A DNA stretch of 64,000 bases, taken from contig CAVZPR010000001.1 in NCBI GenBank assembly GCA_963777285.1, positions 589,039 to 653,038 of the forward strand. Reading direction: 5' to 3'. Within the stretch, counting starts at the first letter, position 1. Each line of letters opens with the position of its first letter. The position numbers were made by a program, and so were the translations under genes. Positions 1-8,634 of this stretch are shown here, in pieces. This stretch comes from Candidatus Dormiibacterota bacterium. Lineage in GTDB: Bacteria > Chloroflexota > Dormibacteria > Aeolococcales > Aeolococcaceae. Under the pieces are notes generated by a model. The model worked only from the letters and a program-made list of their open reading frames with translations. It had not been told where the DNA came from and did not search any database.

Positions 1-1559
1 CGCATTCGCCCGCGTGGGTCGCCGCCGCCTCCATGACGCGCTTTCTCACGGCGCTGGTGTGCAGCCCGCTCAGCGGGCTCGTGTCCGACCGCGTGGAGCG
101 CATCAGGCTGATGATCACGCTCGATCTCCTGGCACTGCTGGTGCAGGGCGGCCTCGCGCTGGTGGCGGCGCTGAATGGTCCGGTGCTCCTGGCTCTCGTG
201 CTGGCGGGGCTCACGGCCGTGACGACGTCGGCGTACGACCCGTCCGCCCGCGCGGCGACGCCCGCTGTCGTCGGTGAGGAGTACCTCGCGGCGGCCAACA
301 GCGTGCAGTCCGCGGTGGAGAACCTGGCGATCATCGTGGGCCCCGCGATCGCGGCGGTGCTGCTGCTCGCTGGTCCACCCGCGCTGGTGTTTGGCATCAA
401 CGCCGCCACGTTCGGCGTCTCTGCGCTGCTGGTCAGCCGCATGCGGACACGCAATCAGCCGGGTGACATCACGCAGGGCGGGACCGCAGGTCCGCTGCAG
501 CAGATGGCCGCAGGCCTGAAGGCCTTCGTCGAGTCGCCCGCCGTGGCGCTCATGTGCGGCTTCAGCATCCTGGCCAGCTTCGTGTACGGCACCGACACCG
601 TGCTCTTCGTGGTCATCAGCAAGACGGTTCTCGGCACCGGCAGCGCGGGATACGGATACATGCTGGCCTCGCTGGGCGTCGGCGGCATCGTCATAGCGGC
701 GTTCATGAACCGCATCGCCAGGGCGCGGCGTCTGGCCGGGATCATCATCCTGGGCATGTCCTGCTATTGCCTGCCGACGGCGCTGCTGACGGTCGTCCAC
801 CAGCCCGAGGCCGTGTTCGCCATCGAGGTGGTGCGCGGCGCCGGCACCATCGTCGTCGACGTGCTGGCCATAACCGCGCTGCAGCGCTCCGCGAAGCCCG
901 ACGTGGTGGCGCGCGTCTTCGGCGTCTTCTTCGCGCTGGTGCTTGCCGCGATATCACTGGGAGCGCTGCTCATGCCGGTGCTTCTCGGCATCGTGGGGCT
1001 CAACGCCACGCTGCTCCTGGTGGCATTCGTGATCCCGGGACTGTCGCTGCTGGCGTACCCCTGGGTGCGCGCCATCAACTCCCGCGGCGCCGGCGAGACC
1101 GCACGCCTGGAGCCGTGGGTCGCTGTCTTCCAGACGCTGGACATCTTCTCGGGCGCGCCACGCCCCGCGCTGGAGAGGATCGCGCGCGCGGCGGCCGAGG
1201 AGAACGTGGCGGCAGGCACCCTGATCATCCGCGAGGCTGCGCGCGCCGACGACTTCTTCGTGCTGCTTGACGGTGGGGTGCAGGTCACAGCGAGCGGCGA
1301 GGACCGCGTGGAGCGGGTGATCAATACGCTGCGCGCGCCGGCGTATTTCGGTGAGATCGGCCTGCTGGAGCACCGGCTTCGCACCGCGACGGTACGAGCC
1401 GCGACTGCGTGCGCGCTGCTGCGCATCGACGGAGCGGCGTTCGTCGACGCGCTCACCGGCGTCACCCTGTCCGCATCCGCGCTGGGCACGGTGCGCATGC
1501 GCCTGGCGCGCACGCACCCCGCCGCGGCGCTCACGTTCGGCCAGACGCCCGCCGAGTGA
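1..1559 (+). CDS. MFS transporter fused to a C-terminal cyclic-nucleotide-binding domain; 5' end runs off the window
   Basis: ORF 33..1559 is multi-TM hydrophobic with an MFS-like loop (SGLVSDRVERIRLM). The frame stays open back to nt 3, so the true start is upstream of the window. The last ~120 aa carry a cNMP-binding signature (DDFFVLLDGGV ... YFGEIGLL ... RTATVRA). Confidence 0.8.
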   Translation, partial: HSPAWVAAASMTRFLTALVCSPLSGLVSDRVERIRLMITLDLLALLVQGGLALVAALNGPVLLALVLAGLTAVTTSAYDPSARAATPAVVGEEYLAAANSVQSAVENLAIIVGPAIAAVLLLAGPPALVFGINAATFGVSALLVSRMRTRNQPGDITQGGTAGPLQQMAAGLKAFVESPAVALMCGFSILASFVYGTDTVLFVVISKTVLGTGSAGYGYMLASLGVGGIVIAAFMNRIARARRLAGIIILGMSCYCLPTALLTVVHQPEAVFAIEVVRGAGTIVVDVLAITALQRSAKPDVVARVFGVFFALVLAAISLGALLMPVLLGIVGLNATLLLVAFVIPGLSLLAYPWVRAINSRGAGETARLEPWVAVFQTLDIFSGAPRPALERIARAAAEENVAAGTLIIREAARADDFFVLLDGGVQVTASGEDRVERVINTLRAPAYFGEIGLLEHRLRTATVRAATACALLRIDGAAFVDALTGVTLSASALGTVRMRLARTHPAAALTFGQTPAE

Positions 1560-1568
1560 AGGCGGCGC

Positions 1569-3044
1569 TCAGGCGCTGATCAGATCCTCGAGCAGCTCGA
1601 GGTACTGGTGCAGGTGTCGTGAGCCGAGGAACTCGGAACGCACGCGTTCCTGCGCCGCGTGTCCCATGGCGTTGGCCGCCTTCGGGTCGTCGAGGAGGCT
1701 CAGCACCGCCGCGCCGAACCCGTCGAGGTCGGTGGGGTCGACGAGCAGTCCTGAGCGCCCGTCCTCGATCTGGTCGCGGATGCCTCCGATGCCGCTGGCC
1801 ACCACGGGGCGCGCCTTCCACATCGCCTCCGCCACCGTGAGCCCGAATCCCTCTGCGAGGCTCTTCTGCGCCACCACGGTGGCGCGCCGCTGCAACGCGT
1901 TGACGATCACCGCGTTCTCTTCGAGGTCTTCCATCGGAAGCGTGGCGAGGTGCACGCGCGCTGCGACCTGTGCCGGCAGGGCGCGCCATGCCTCTCTCAC
2001 GTCCTGGCACACCTGCAGCCCCTCGGGGTCGTCGGAGACATGCGTCACCGAGGGACCGGCGAGGACCAGATGCGCATCGCTGCGACCGTGGACGTGCTCG
2101 ACGAACGCCTGGAGAACGCCGCGCGGATCCTTGAGCCTGTCCCAGCGACTCACCTGCAGCAGCAGCGGTGTGGCCGGCTCGATGCGCGTCGACTCCGTCA
2201 TCTCGGCACGGCGCCGCACGGTGGCGCTCGTGCCGTCGGTGCGCGCGAAGTCCGCTGCGGCTGCCGCACGGCCGTCCTCGATGCCCGCAGCACGGAGCAC
2301 CGCCGCGACCTTGTCCGGCGCCAGCTCGTAATTCTTCACGGCGAACGGATCGACCGACGGCGCGATGACCGCGAGGCGGGTGTCGTCCAGCCCCTGCCAC
2401 ACGAAAGCGCGGCAGGAGAAGACGAACGCTTGGGCGCGCGACACGTAGGGACGCAGGAAGTCCCACGCGCCGCGCACCACGTCGTTGGGCTGGTCGACGC
2501 CGACATGACAGCGCCACACCACGATGCGTCCCGCTTGGCGCAGCGCGGGGATCATCCCCGCCGTCTGCGGGTCGTGCAGGATGACGATGTCCCGCTCTGC
2601 GGTGCGCTCCACCAGACGCTCCGCATTGACCCTGAGGATGTCTTCGTAGTGGGAGCGCGCATTGTCGTCGAGGTCGGCGCCGTCGCCCGGCGAGCCGTGC
2701 AGGCGGTTGTGGATGCGTTTGGTGATTCGAAAGAACCCGTCGTCGCCGGCGATCACGGTCCAGCGCGTGTCGACGCCGGCGCCGCGCGAGTAGCGCACCA
2801 GCGACTGCAGCATCTCGGCCACTCCGCCGCCACTTGCCGTCGAGTTGACGTTCCAGATGGTGCGGCCCCGGAACGCGCGCTCGGCCTGCGCGGCCTCGGC
2901 GATCACACTCTCAGCGGTGGCCGCAGGCAGCACCTCGGCGAAGCGCTGCAGCGACAGCGGGGAGAGATCGACGTCCTGCAGCGGCGGCAGCTGAACGGTG
3001 GCCACCTGTGTCCTCGGGATGCTGTGGTCGACGCCGCGGCTCAC
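1569..3044 (-). CDS. GT4-family glycosyltransferase, trehalose-synthase (TreT)-like
   Basis: 491-aa ORF. N-terminal half has NSTASGGGVAEML (GT-B nucleotide-sugar fold start). C-terminal half has the EGFGLTVAEAMWKARPVVAS GT1/GT4 motif. 4-nt overlap with the upstream GH8 gene. Confidence 0.75.
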   Translation of the reverse strand: MSRGVDHSIPRTQVATVQLPPLQDVDLSPLSLQRFAEVLPAATAESVIAEAAQAERAFRGRTIWNVNSTASGGGVAEMLQSLVRYSRGAGVDTRWTVIAGDDGFFRITKRIHNRLHGSPGDGADLDDNARSHYEDILRVNAERLVERTAERDIVILHDPQTAGMIPALRQAGRIVVWRCHVGVDQPNDVVRGAWDFLRPYVSRAQAFVFSCRAFVWQGLDDTRLAVIAPSVDPFAVKNYELAPDKVAAVLRAAGIEDGRAAAAADFARTDGTSATVRRRAEMTESTRIEPATPLLLQVSRWDRLKDPRGVLQAFVEHVHGRSDAHLVLAGPSVTHVSDDPEGLQVCQDVREAWRALPAQVAARVHLATLPMEDLEENAVIVNALQRRATVVAQKSLAEGFGLTVAEAMWKARPVVASGIGGIRDQIEDGRSGLLVDPTDLDGFGAAVLSLLDDPKAANAMGHAAQERVRSEFLGSRHLHQYLELLEDLISA

Positions 3045-4216
3045 GCGGCGAGGTTGGCCAGGCTCCCCGTGCCGAGGGCGACCCCGAACCAGACCCAGTT
3101 CTGCTCATAGTAGTTGGCGGGGTCACCCCAGTACGAGCGCCCAGCCTCCTGGTGGAACCCGCCGGTCAACCGCTGCAGGATGGCGGCGACGCCCGCGGTG
3201 TCTGTACCCAGGAAGGCCCCGATGTCACCGCCGTACACCGTGAGGTCGTCACCCGAGGCGCGCACCAGGCCGTCGTGGCCGTAGACCGGAGCCAGGGCTG
3301 CGTCCGCATGCCAGCGTGCGCGCAGAAACGCTTGCGTGGCGAGGTACGCGCGGGCGGCGGGTGATCCGCTCCACTGCTCATCGAGGGCGATCCGCCACAT
3401 GACGCGGAATGCGTCGTATCCGTAGTCGTCACCGTCGGGTTTGCTGCTGAACGACCGCATCTGTCCGGTGCTGCGGTCGAGGACGCACCAGTTGGGTGGC
3501 AGCCCCACGCTGCTCCCGGTGTCGAGCGCGGCTCGTGAGCACGCGTTGAGCGCTGCGTAGGAGCTGCCCACCAGCGACATCCAGGGATGCGATCCGTCGA
3601 CGCGGGCGAACACGCGATAGGCATACGGCGCGAAGTACGACGGGTCGAGCACGGCCCCCGCGGGATCGCCGTGCGCCGCCCAGTTGCCGGCCACCACGAA
3701 CGGCGTGCCGCCGACCTGCGCGACATCGTTCTGCCAGATGCCCTGCAGCACGGGTTGCACCTGTTGCATGTAGGAGCCGTCATGCCAGAGATGCGCGGCG
3801 AACACCAGCGCCAGCGCGATGTCCTGGTCGGCGTCGGTGGCACTGTCAGGGCTCAGCAGGCGCCCGCCGGCCCAGATCCAGCCGAACCGTTGCGAAGCCT
3901 GCTGCCAGAGGTTGGCGCGGGTCCAGCTCCACACGGAGTCGAACGCGGTGCGGTCGTCCATCCACGCGGCGCGCAGCATCGCGTACGACTGGCCCTCGGA
4001 CGTGGTGTTGCCGTTGCTGGGGTCAACCACGTGTCCATCGTGGATGAACTGCGTCGCATAGCTCTGCCATGTGCTGCGCAGCATCGACGCCGCGGCGCTG
4101 CTGCGTTGCGCGGGGCCCTTGCTCGTGACGCCGCTGCTCACCGCGGGCGCGGATGCGGCGCAGCCGGCGGTCGTCGCCACGCACGCCGCGCCCGCGAGCG
4201 CACGGCCGAGTCGCAT
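3041..4216 (-). CDS. Glycoside hydrolase family 8 (endoglucanase/chitosanase-like) lipoprotein
   Basis: 391-aa ORF. Signal peptide with lipobox (ACVATTAGC). GH8-type catalytic block TSEGQSYAMLRAAWMDD. Alpha/alpha-barrel-like W/Y-rich repeats. Confidence 0.8.
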   Translation of the reverse strand: MRLGRALAGAACVATTAGCAASAPAVSSGVTSKGPAQRSSAAASMLRSTWQSYATQFIHDGHVVDPSNGNTTSEGQSYAMLRAAWMDDRTAFDSVWSWTRANLWQQASQRFGWIWAGGRLLSPDSATDADQDIALALVFAAHLWHDGSYMQQVQPVLQGIWQNDVAQVGGTPFVVAGNWAAHGDPAGAVLDPSYFAPYAYRVFARVDGSHPWMSLVGSSYAALNACSRAALDTGSSVGLPPNWCVLDRSTGQMRSFSSKPDGDDYGYDAFRVMWRIALDEQWSGSPAARAYLATQAFLRARWHADAALAPVYGHDGLVRASGDDLTVYGGDIGAFLGTDTAGVAAILQRLTGGFHQEAGRSYWGDPANYYEQNWVWFGVALGTGSLANLAA

Positions 4217-4493
4217 CTCGCCACCTGCGCTGCTGCGCTGGAACCTGACATTCGCGCTGTTCGATTATACGGACGCGTACCGGCGTCGCCCGCGAACGCG
4301 GCCGCAGGCAACCGCTGTTGCACACCACTTGCGCACAAGCGATGCGCGTGCGACGTGAACTGCGGCGTGGCGCTTCTCCACAGTGTGCACAACCCGACTT
4401 GTGCACAGGGGCACAGCATCACGGTGCGGACCCGCCCTTGCAGCGCCCCCATTGACACATGTTCGCAGCGCGGTCGTACACTGCCCGTCGCCG

Positions 4494-4805
4494 ATGGAGG
4501 GACCTGGCGACAGCGGTGTGCAGCGTGGCGGTGAGAAGCGCCGCGTGTGTGCACGCCGTGGATGCGGCGCCGTGGTCAACAAGCGCACCGCGAAGTACTG
4601 CAGCGTGCGCTGCTGCGCCATCGACCCGGAGCGGCTGCAGCGCCTGCGCGCGCAGGCACGTCGTTCCAACGCACGTCCCCTGCCGATGGTCCGCCAGCTG
4701 TCCTTGACGCTGCACCCCACGACATACGACCCGGAGGCGCAGCTGGCGGACCTGTGCATCGGACGCGACGACCTGCCCGGGGGGATGTCGCGCCTCGCCG
4801 GTTGA
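4494..4805 (+). CDS. Small zinc-ribbon protein (C-x4-C ... C-x3-CC, FCS-like)
   Basis: ATG at 4494 inside ORF 4383..4805. Motif RVCARRGCGAVVNKRTAKYCSVRCC resembles short Zn-ribbon/FCS-type fingers. Lies upstream of thrS. No family assignment possible by eye. Confidence 0.45.
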   Translation: MEGPGDSGVQRGGEKRRVCARRGCGAVVNKRTAKYCSVRCCAIDPERLQRLRAQARRSNARPLPMVRQLSLTLHPTTYDPEAQLADLCIGRDDLPGGMSRLAG

Positions 4806-4867
4806 GCGGGTTTCGCGCGCCGGTCCCGGGGCTGGCGGGCCGGGCGAGCCCGTAGAATCCGCGGTTC

Positions 4868-6682
4868 ATGGCCGACGACGCCGTCGACGACGCTGCTGAA
4901 GCAGGCCCGCCGCTCGACAGCCCCGCCGAGCCGACGCTCGAGATCCTGCGTCACAGCGCCGCTCACCTGCTCGCCGCCGCGGTGATGCAGCTCTACGAGG
5001 GGACGCAGTACGACGTCGGGCCGCCGATCGAAGATGGGTTCTTCTACAACTTCCGGCTCGGCAGCGGCGAGCACTTCAGCGACGACGACCTGTCCCGCAT
5101 CGAGCAGCGGATGCACGAGATGGCGAGAGCGCGCATCCCGTTCACGAGAGAAACACTCGATCGCGGCGCCGCGCGGCAGATGTTCGACTCGATGGGACAG
5201 GGGTTCAAGGTCGACATCATCGACCGGCTCGACGCCGGCGTCGACACGGTGGGCGTCTACCGCACGGGCGACTTCGTCGACCTCTGCCGCGGCCCGCACG
5301 TGCCCGACACCGGGTGGCTCAACGCGGTCAAGCTGCTCCGCGTTGCCGGGGTGTACTGGCGCGGTGACGAGCGCAACGAACAGCTGCAGCGCGTGTACGG
5401 CACCGCCTGGTTCAGCGCGGAGGACCTCGACGCATACCTGCAGCGGCTCGTCGAGGCGGAACGCCGCGACCACCGCCGCATCGGCCGTGAGCTGGAGCTC
5501 TTCGACTTCGATTCGACGGCCCCGGGCATGCCGTACTGGCTGCCCAACGGTCTCGTCCTCTTCAACGAGCTCCTCGACTACTCACGCGCGGAGCACGCGC
5601 GCCGCGGCTACAAGGAGATCTCCACGCCCGTGGTCAACGAGAAACGCCTCTGGGAGATCTCCGGACACTGGGACCACTACCGGGACAACATCTTCGTCAC
5701 CCCGGTGGACGAGCACACGACGTACGGCACCAAGCCGATGAACTGCCCCAACGCAATGGTCGTCTACAACATGCGCCGGCGCAGCTACCGCGAGCTGCCG
5801 CTGCGCCTGGCGGACTGGGGTGTGCTGCACCGCTTCGAGCGCTCGGGCACGCTGCACGGGCTGCTGCGGGTGCGCAAGTTCCAGCAGGACGACGCGCACA
5901 TCTTCGTCGCGCCGGACGACATCGAAGCCGAGTACGACCGTGTGTTCGACATCGTGAGCCATTTCTACGGGCTCTTCGACCTCAAGTACTCCTTCCGCCT
6001 GGGCACCCGGCCCGACGACTTCATCGGTGACGTCGAAACCTGGGAGCGTGCCGAGGCGGCGCTGCTACGGATCCTCGACGCCCGCGCCGGGGAGGGCGGG
6101 TACGTGGTCGACAAGGGAGAGGGCGCCTTCTACGGGCCCAAGATCGACATCATGATGGAGGACGCGATCGGCCGTTCCTGGCAGCTGGGGACGATCCAGC
6201 TCGACTTCCAGCTGCCGCGCCGCTTCGGCTGCGTCTACATCGACCCGGGCGGCCAGGAGCGCACGCCCGCGGTGATCCACCGCGCGGTGTACGGATCGCT
6301 GGAGCGTTTCATCGGCGTGCTCACGGAGCACTTCGCGGGCCACTTCCCGCTGTGGCTCGCGCCGGTGCAGTGCGAGGTGATCCCGGTGCAGGACGACGTG
6401 GCCGAGGTGATGCGCTTCGTGGAGGATGTGGTGACACGTTTGAGGGAGGCGGGGTTGCGCGCAATGGTCAACGACCGTCCCGGGGAGCGCATGCAGGCCC
6501 GGGTGCGTGACGCCGAGCTGCGGCGCGTCCCGTATGTCGTCGTGGTGGGACGCCGCGACGTGGAGCGTGGCGACGGTGTCGTCCGGGTGCGCGACACGCG
6601 CCGCGACACACAGGTCGACGTTGCGCTCGACTCGCTCGTGGAGCAGCTGCTCGCCGAGGTGCGCCAACGGCGCGCAAGCTGA
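4868..6682 (+). CDS. thrS: Threonyl-tRNA synthetase (short form without the N-terminal TGS domain)
   Basis: 604 aa. Editing-domain motif RHSAAHLLAAAV. Class II core (GPPIEDGFFYNF, FRGEL-like HRFERSG, QDDAHIF). C-terminal anticodon-binding domain. Confidence 0.95.
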   Translation: MADDAVDDAAEAGPPLDSPAEPTLEILRHSAAHLLAAAVMQLYEGTQYDVGPPIEDGFFYNFRLGSGEHFSDDDLSRIEQRMHEMARARIPFTRETLDRGAARQMFDSMGQGFKVDIIDRLDAGVDTVGVYRTGDFVDLCRGPHVPDTGWLNAVKLLRVAGVYWRGDERNEQLQRVYGTAWFSAEDLDAYLQRLVEAERRDHRRIGRELELFDFDSTAPGMPYWLPNGLVLFNELLDYSRAEHARRGYKEISTPVVNEKRLWEISGHWDHYRDNIFVTPVDEHTTYGTKPMNCPNAMVVYNMRRRSYRELPLRLADWGVLHRFERSGTLHGLLRVRKFQQDDAHIFVAPDDIEAEYDRVFDIVSHFYGLFDLKYSFRLGTRPDDFIGDVETWERAEAALLRILDARAGEGGYVVDKGEGAFYGPKIDIMMEDAIGRSWQLGTIQLDFQLPRRFGCVYIDPGGQERTPAVIHRAVYGSLERFIGVLTEHFAGHFPLWLAPVQCEVIPVQDDVAEVMRFVEDVVTRLREAGLRAMVNDRPGERMQARVRDAELRRVPYVVVVGRRDVERGDGVVRVRDTRRDTQVDVALDSLVEQLLAEVRQRRAS

Positions 6683-7275
6683 AGCGACCCGCGGCCGGCG
6701 ACGCGCTCACCCTGCCGCAGCAGCGCGCCCTCCGCGGGGAGGCGAAGCTGCGCGCTGCGCTGCTCGCCTTCGACGTGACGGTGGACGGTCGCGTGGCGCT
6801 CGATGTCGGGGCCGCGGCAGGCGGCTTCACGAAGGTGCTGCTGCAGGGTGGCGCGGCGCGCGTGTATGCCGTGGACGCGGGCCACGGTCAGCTGCTCGGC
6901 TCCCTGCGACAGGAGGCTCGCGTGGTGAACCTCGAGGCCACCAACGTCGCCGCGCTTGACCGGGTGCTCATTCCGGAGCCGATCGACGTAGTCACCGTGG
7001 ACGTCTCGTACCTCGCGCTGGCCGCATGCGTGGCGCAGCTGGGTGCGCTGCGATTCGCGGCCGGGGCGGACCTCATCGGGTTGGTCAAGCCGATGTTCGA
7101 GCTGCGGCTGGCCACCGCGCCGCAGGACGGTCCGCTCGTGGCTGAGGCGGCGGACCGCGCCGCGCGCGGTGTGGGCGATGCCGGCTGGCGAGTCGTCGCC
7201 GTGGTGCCGTCGCCGGTGCACGGCGCCCGTGGCGCCGCCGAGATGCTGCTGCACGCACGCCGCGACAGCCCGTGA
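6679..7275 (+). CDS. tlyA: TlyA/FtsJ-like rRNA 2'-O-methyltransferase lacking the S4 domain; start uncertain
   Basis: SAM motif VALDVGAAAGGFTKVLL, AVDAGHGQL and VKPMFE are as in TlyA. The first canonical start (GTG 6775) would cut the conserved RGEAKLRAAL segment. An in-frame CTG at 6679 overlaps the thrS TGA as CTGA. Confidence 0.7.
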   Translation: MKRPAAGDALTLPQQRALRGEAKLRAALLAFDVTVDGRVALDVGAAAGGFTKVLLQGGAARVYAVDAGHGQLLGSLRQEARVVNLEATNVAALDRVLIPEPIDVVTVDVSYLALAACVAQLGALRFAAGADLIGLVKPMFELRLATAPQDGPLVAEAADRAARGVGDAGWRVVAVVPSPVHGARGAAEMLLHARRDSP

Positions 7276-7339
7276 CGTCCGCGTTTGGCTGCGCGAACCC
7301 CGTGATATGCTGCCGAACCGGACGCCGTGTTGGCGCCGC

Positions 7340-7432
7340 CAAGAAGATGCGTGCGGTCGCATCTCACCTCCCGGGTTCGCCTTGGAGGTCCAGCCACCGA
7401 TCCCTGGATAGCGGACAGCTATCCATTTTTTT
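7340..7432 (+). promoter_or_regulatory. infC-rpmI-rplT leader with attenuator (L20-leader-like)
   Basis: Stem ACCTCC (7366-7371) / GGAGGT (7384-7389). Then hairpin GGATAGC-GGACA-GCTATCC (7406-7424) followed by A-T7 (7425-7432), ending about 10 nt before the infC start. There is no room for a promoter downstream, so it reads as a transcription attenuator. Confidence 0.6.
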
Positions 7433-7441
7433 ATCCGGAGG

Positions 7442-8086
7442 ATTCGCCCCATCGCATTCCGAGAGCTGAGGATCAACGACCAGATCCGGGTTCCGACCGT
7501 CCGACTGTTCGACGACACCACCGGCGAGCCTCTGGGCATCGTCACCATAGAGAAGGCGAGGGAGCTCGCCGGTGCGAGAGAGCTGGACCTGGTCGAGGTG
7601 GCTCCTCAGGCTCAACCCCCCGTCTGCCGTCTGATGGACTATGGGCGCTACAAGTTCGAAGCGCTGAAGAAGGACAAGGAGAGCCGCAGAGAGCACAACA
7701 CCATCAACGTCAAGGAGATGAAGCTCCGGCCCAAGATCTCCGAGCATGACTTTCAGACCAAGTTCGGCTCGGTGCGCAGCTTCCTCCGCGACGGAGACAA
7801 GGTCAAGCTGACGATCATGTTCCGCGGCCGCGAGATGGTGCACCAGGAGTACGGTCGCCGCCTGCTGGACCGCATGGCCGAGGAGCTGAAGGAGCTGGCC
7901 ACGATCGAGCGCAACCCGCTCGTGGAGGGCCGCAACATGATCATGATCCTCAGTCCGCTCAACAAGAAGCACGCCAAGGGCGATCACCGCGAGAACGAGC
8001 GCCAGCCGCGCGAGCAGGCGGCCGCGGCGCATGCCGGCGACGCCGGCGCCACGGGAAACAACAATGCCGAAGATCAGAACGCATAG
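7442..8086 (+). CDS. infC: Translation initiation factor IF-3 with a non-AUG start (ATT 7442 or ATC 7451)
   Basis: Conserved N-terminus [24 protein letters not shown] lies upstream of the first ATG/GTG (7598). SD GGAGGA at 7436-7441. An unusual AUU-type start is the known IF-3 autoregulatory feature. Confidence 0.9.
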   Translation: MRPIAFRELRINDQIRVPTVRLFDDTTGEPLGIVTIEKARELAGARELDLVEVAPQAQPPVCRLMDYGRYKFEALKKDKESRREHNTINVKEMKLRPKISEHDFQTKFGSVRSFLRDGDKVKLTIMFRGREMVHQEYGRRLLDRMAEELKELATIERNPLVEGRNMIMILSPLNKKHAKGDHRENERQPREQAAAAHAGDAGATGNNNAEDQNA

Positions 8087-8261
8087 GGGAGCGAAGAAGC
8101 GCTTTCGCGTCACCTCCACGGGAAAGGTGATGCGGCGCAAGGCATTCCGCTCACACCTTCTGGAGCACAAGAGCGCCAAGCGCAAGCGGCAGTACCGCAA
8201 GCAGCATGAGGTCTCGTCGGCGGAGCGCCGGACGGTGATCCGTCTCGCGCCCTACCTGTAG
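8064..8261 (+). CDS. rpmI: 50S ribosomal protein L35
   Basis: [36 protein letters not shown] at 8064, overlapping the infC 3' end. Confidence 0.93.
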   Translation: MPKIRTHRGAKKRFRVTSTGKVMRRKAFRSHLLEHKSAKRKRQYRKQHEVSSAERRTVIRLAPYL

Positions 8262-8271
8262 GGGAGGAGCC

Positions 8272-8634
8272 ATGGCCAGGGTGAAGCGCGGCGTCACCGG
8301 ACGGGCACGCCACAAGAAGATCCTCGACCTCACGGAGGGAATGCAGGGCGCGCGGCGCCGCCTCTACAAGCCTGCCAATGAGGCTGTGATGCACTCGCTG
8401 GCGTATGCCTATCGCGATCGCAAGCAGCGCAAGGGCGACATGCGCGCGCTGTGGATCGCCCGCATCAACGCCGGGGCGCGGCAGAACGGGCTGGCGTACA
8501 GCCGCTTCATGCACGGCCTCAAGGAGGCGGGCGTGGAGATCGACCGCAAGATGCTCGCCGGTCTGGCGGTCGATGACCCGGCGGCGTTCAGCCGCCTGGT
8601 CGAGGTGGCGCGGGGCACGACCGCCGGCGCGTGA
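8272..8634 (+). CDS. rplT: 50S ribosomal protein L20
   Basis: [23 protein letters not shown] ... [22 protein letters not shown]. Confidence 0.97.
   Translation: MARVKRGVTGRARHKKILDLTEGMQGARRRLYKPANEAVMHSLAYAYRDRKQRKGDMRALWIARINAGARQNGLAYSRFMHGLKEAGVEIDRKMLAGLAVDDPAAFSRLVEVARGTTAGA

Noticed and set aside
4453-4464. TGACACATGTTC overlapping a TTGACA hexamer, as a seventh LexA box.
   Set aside because: The left half-site has two mismatches (TGAC versus GAAC). It shares only the right half with the true boxes, so it is more simply a -35 element.
4853-4870. Possible leaderless thrS mRNA (TAGAAT at 4853-4858, 9 nt before ATG 4868, no SD).
   Set aside because: No acceptable -35 element is present, and thrS may simply be co-transcribed with the upstream Zn-ribbon ORF. 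The support is too weak to list as a feature.
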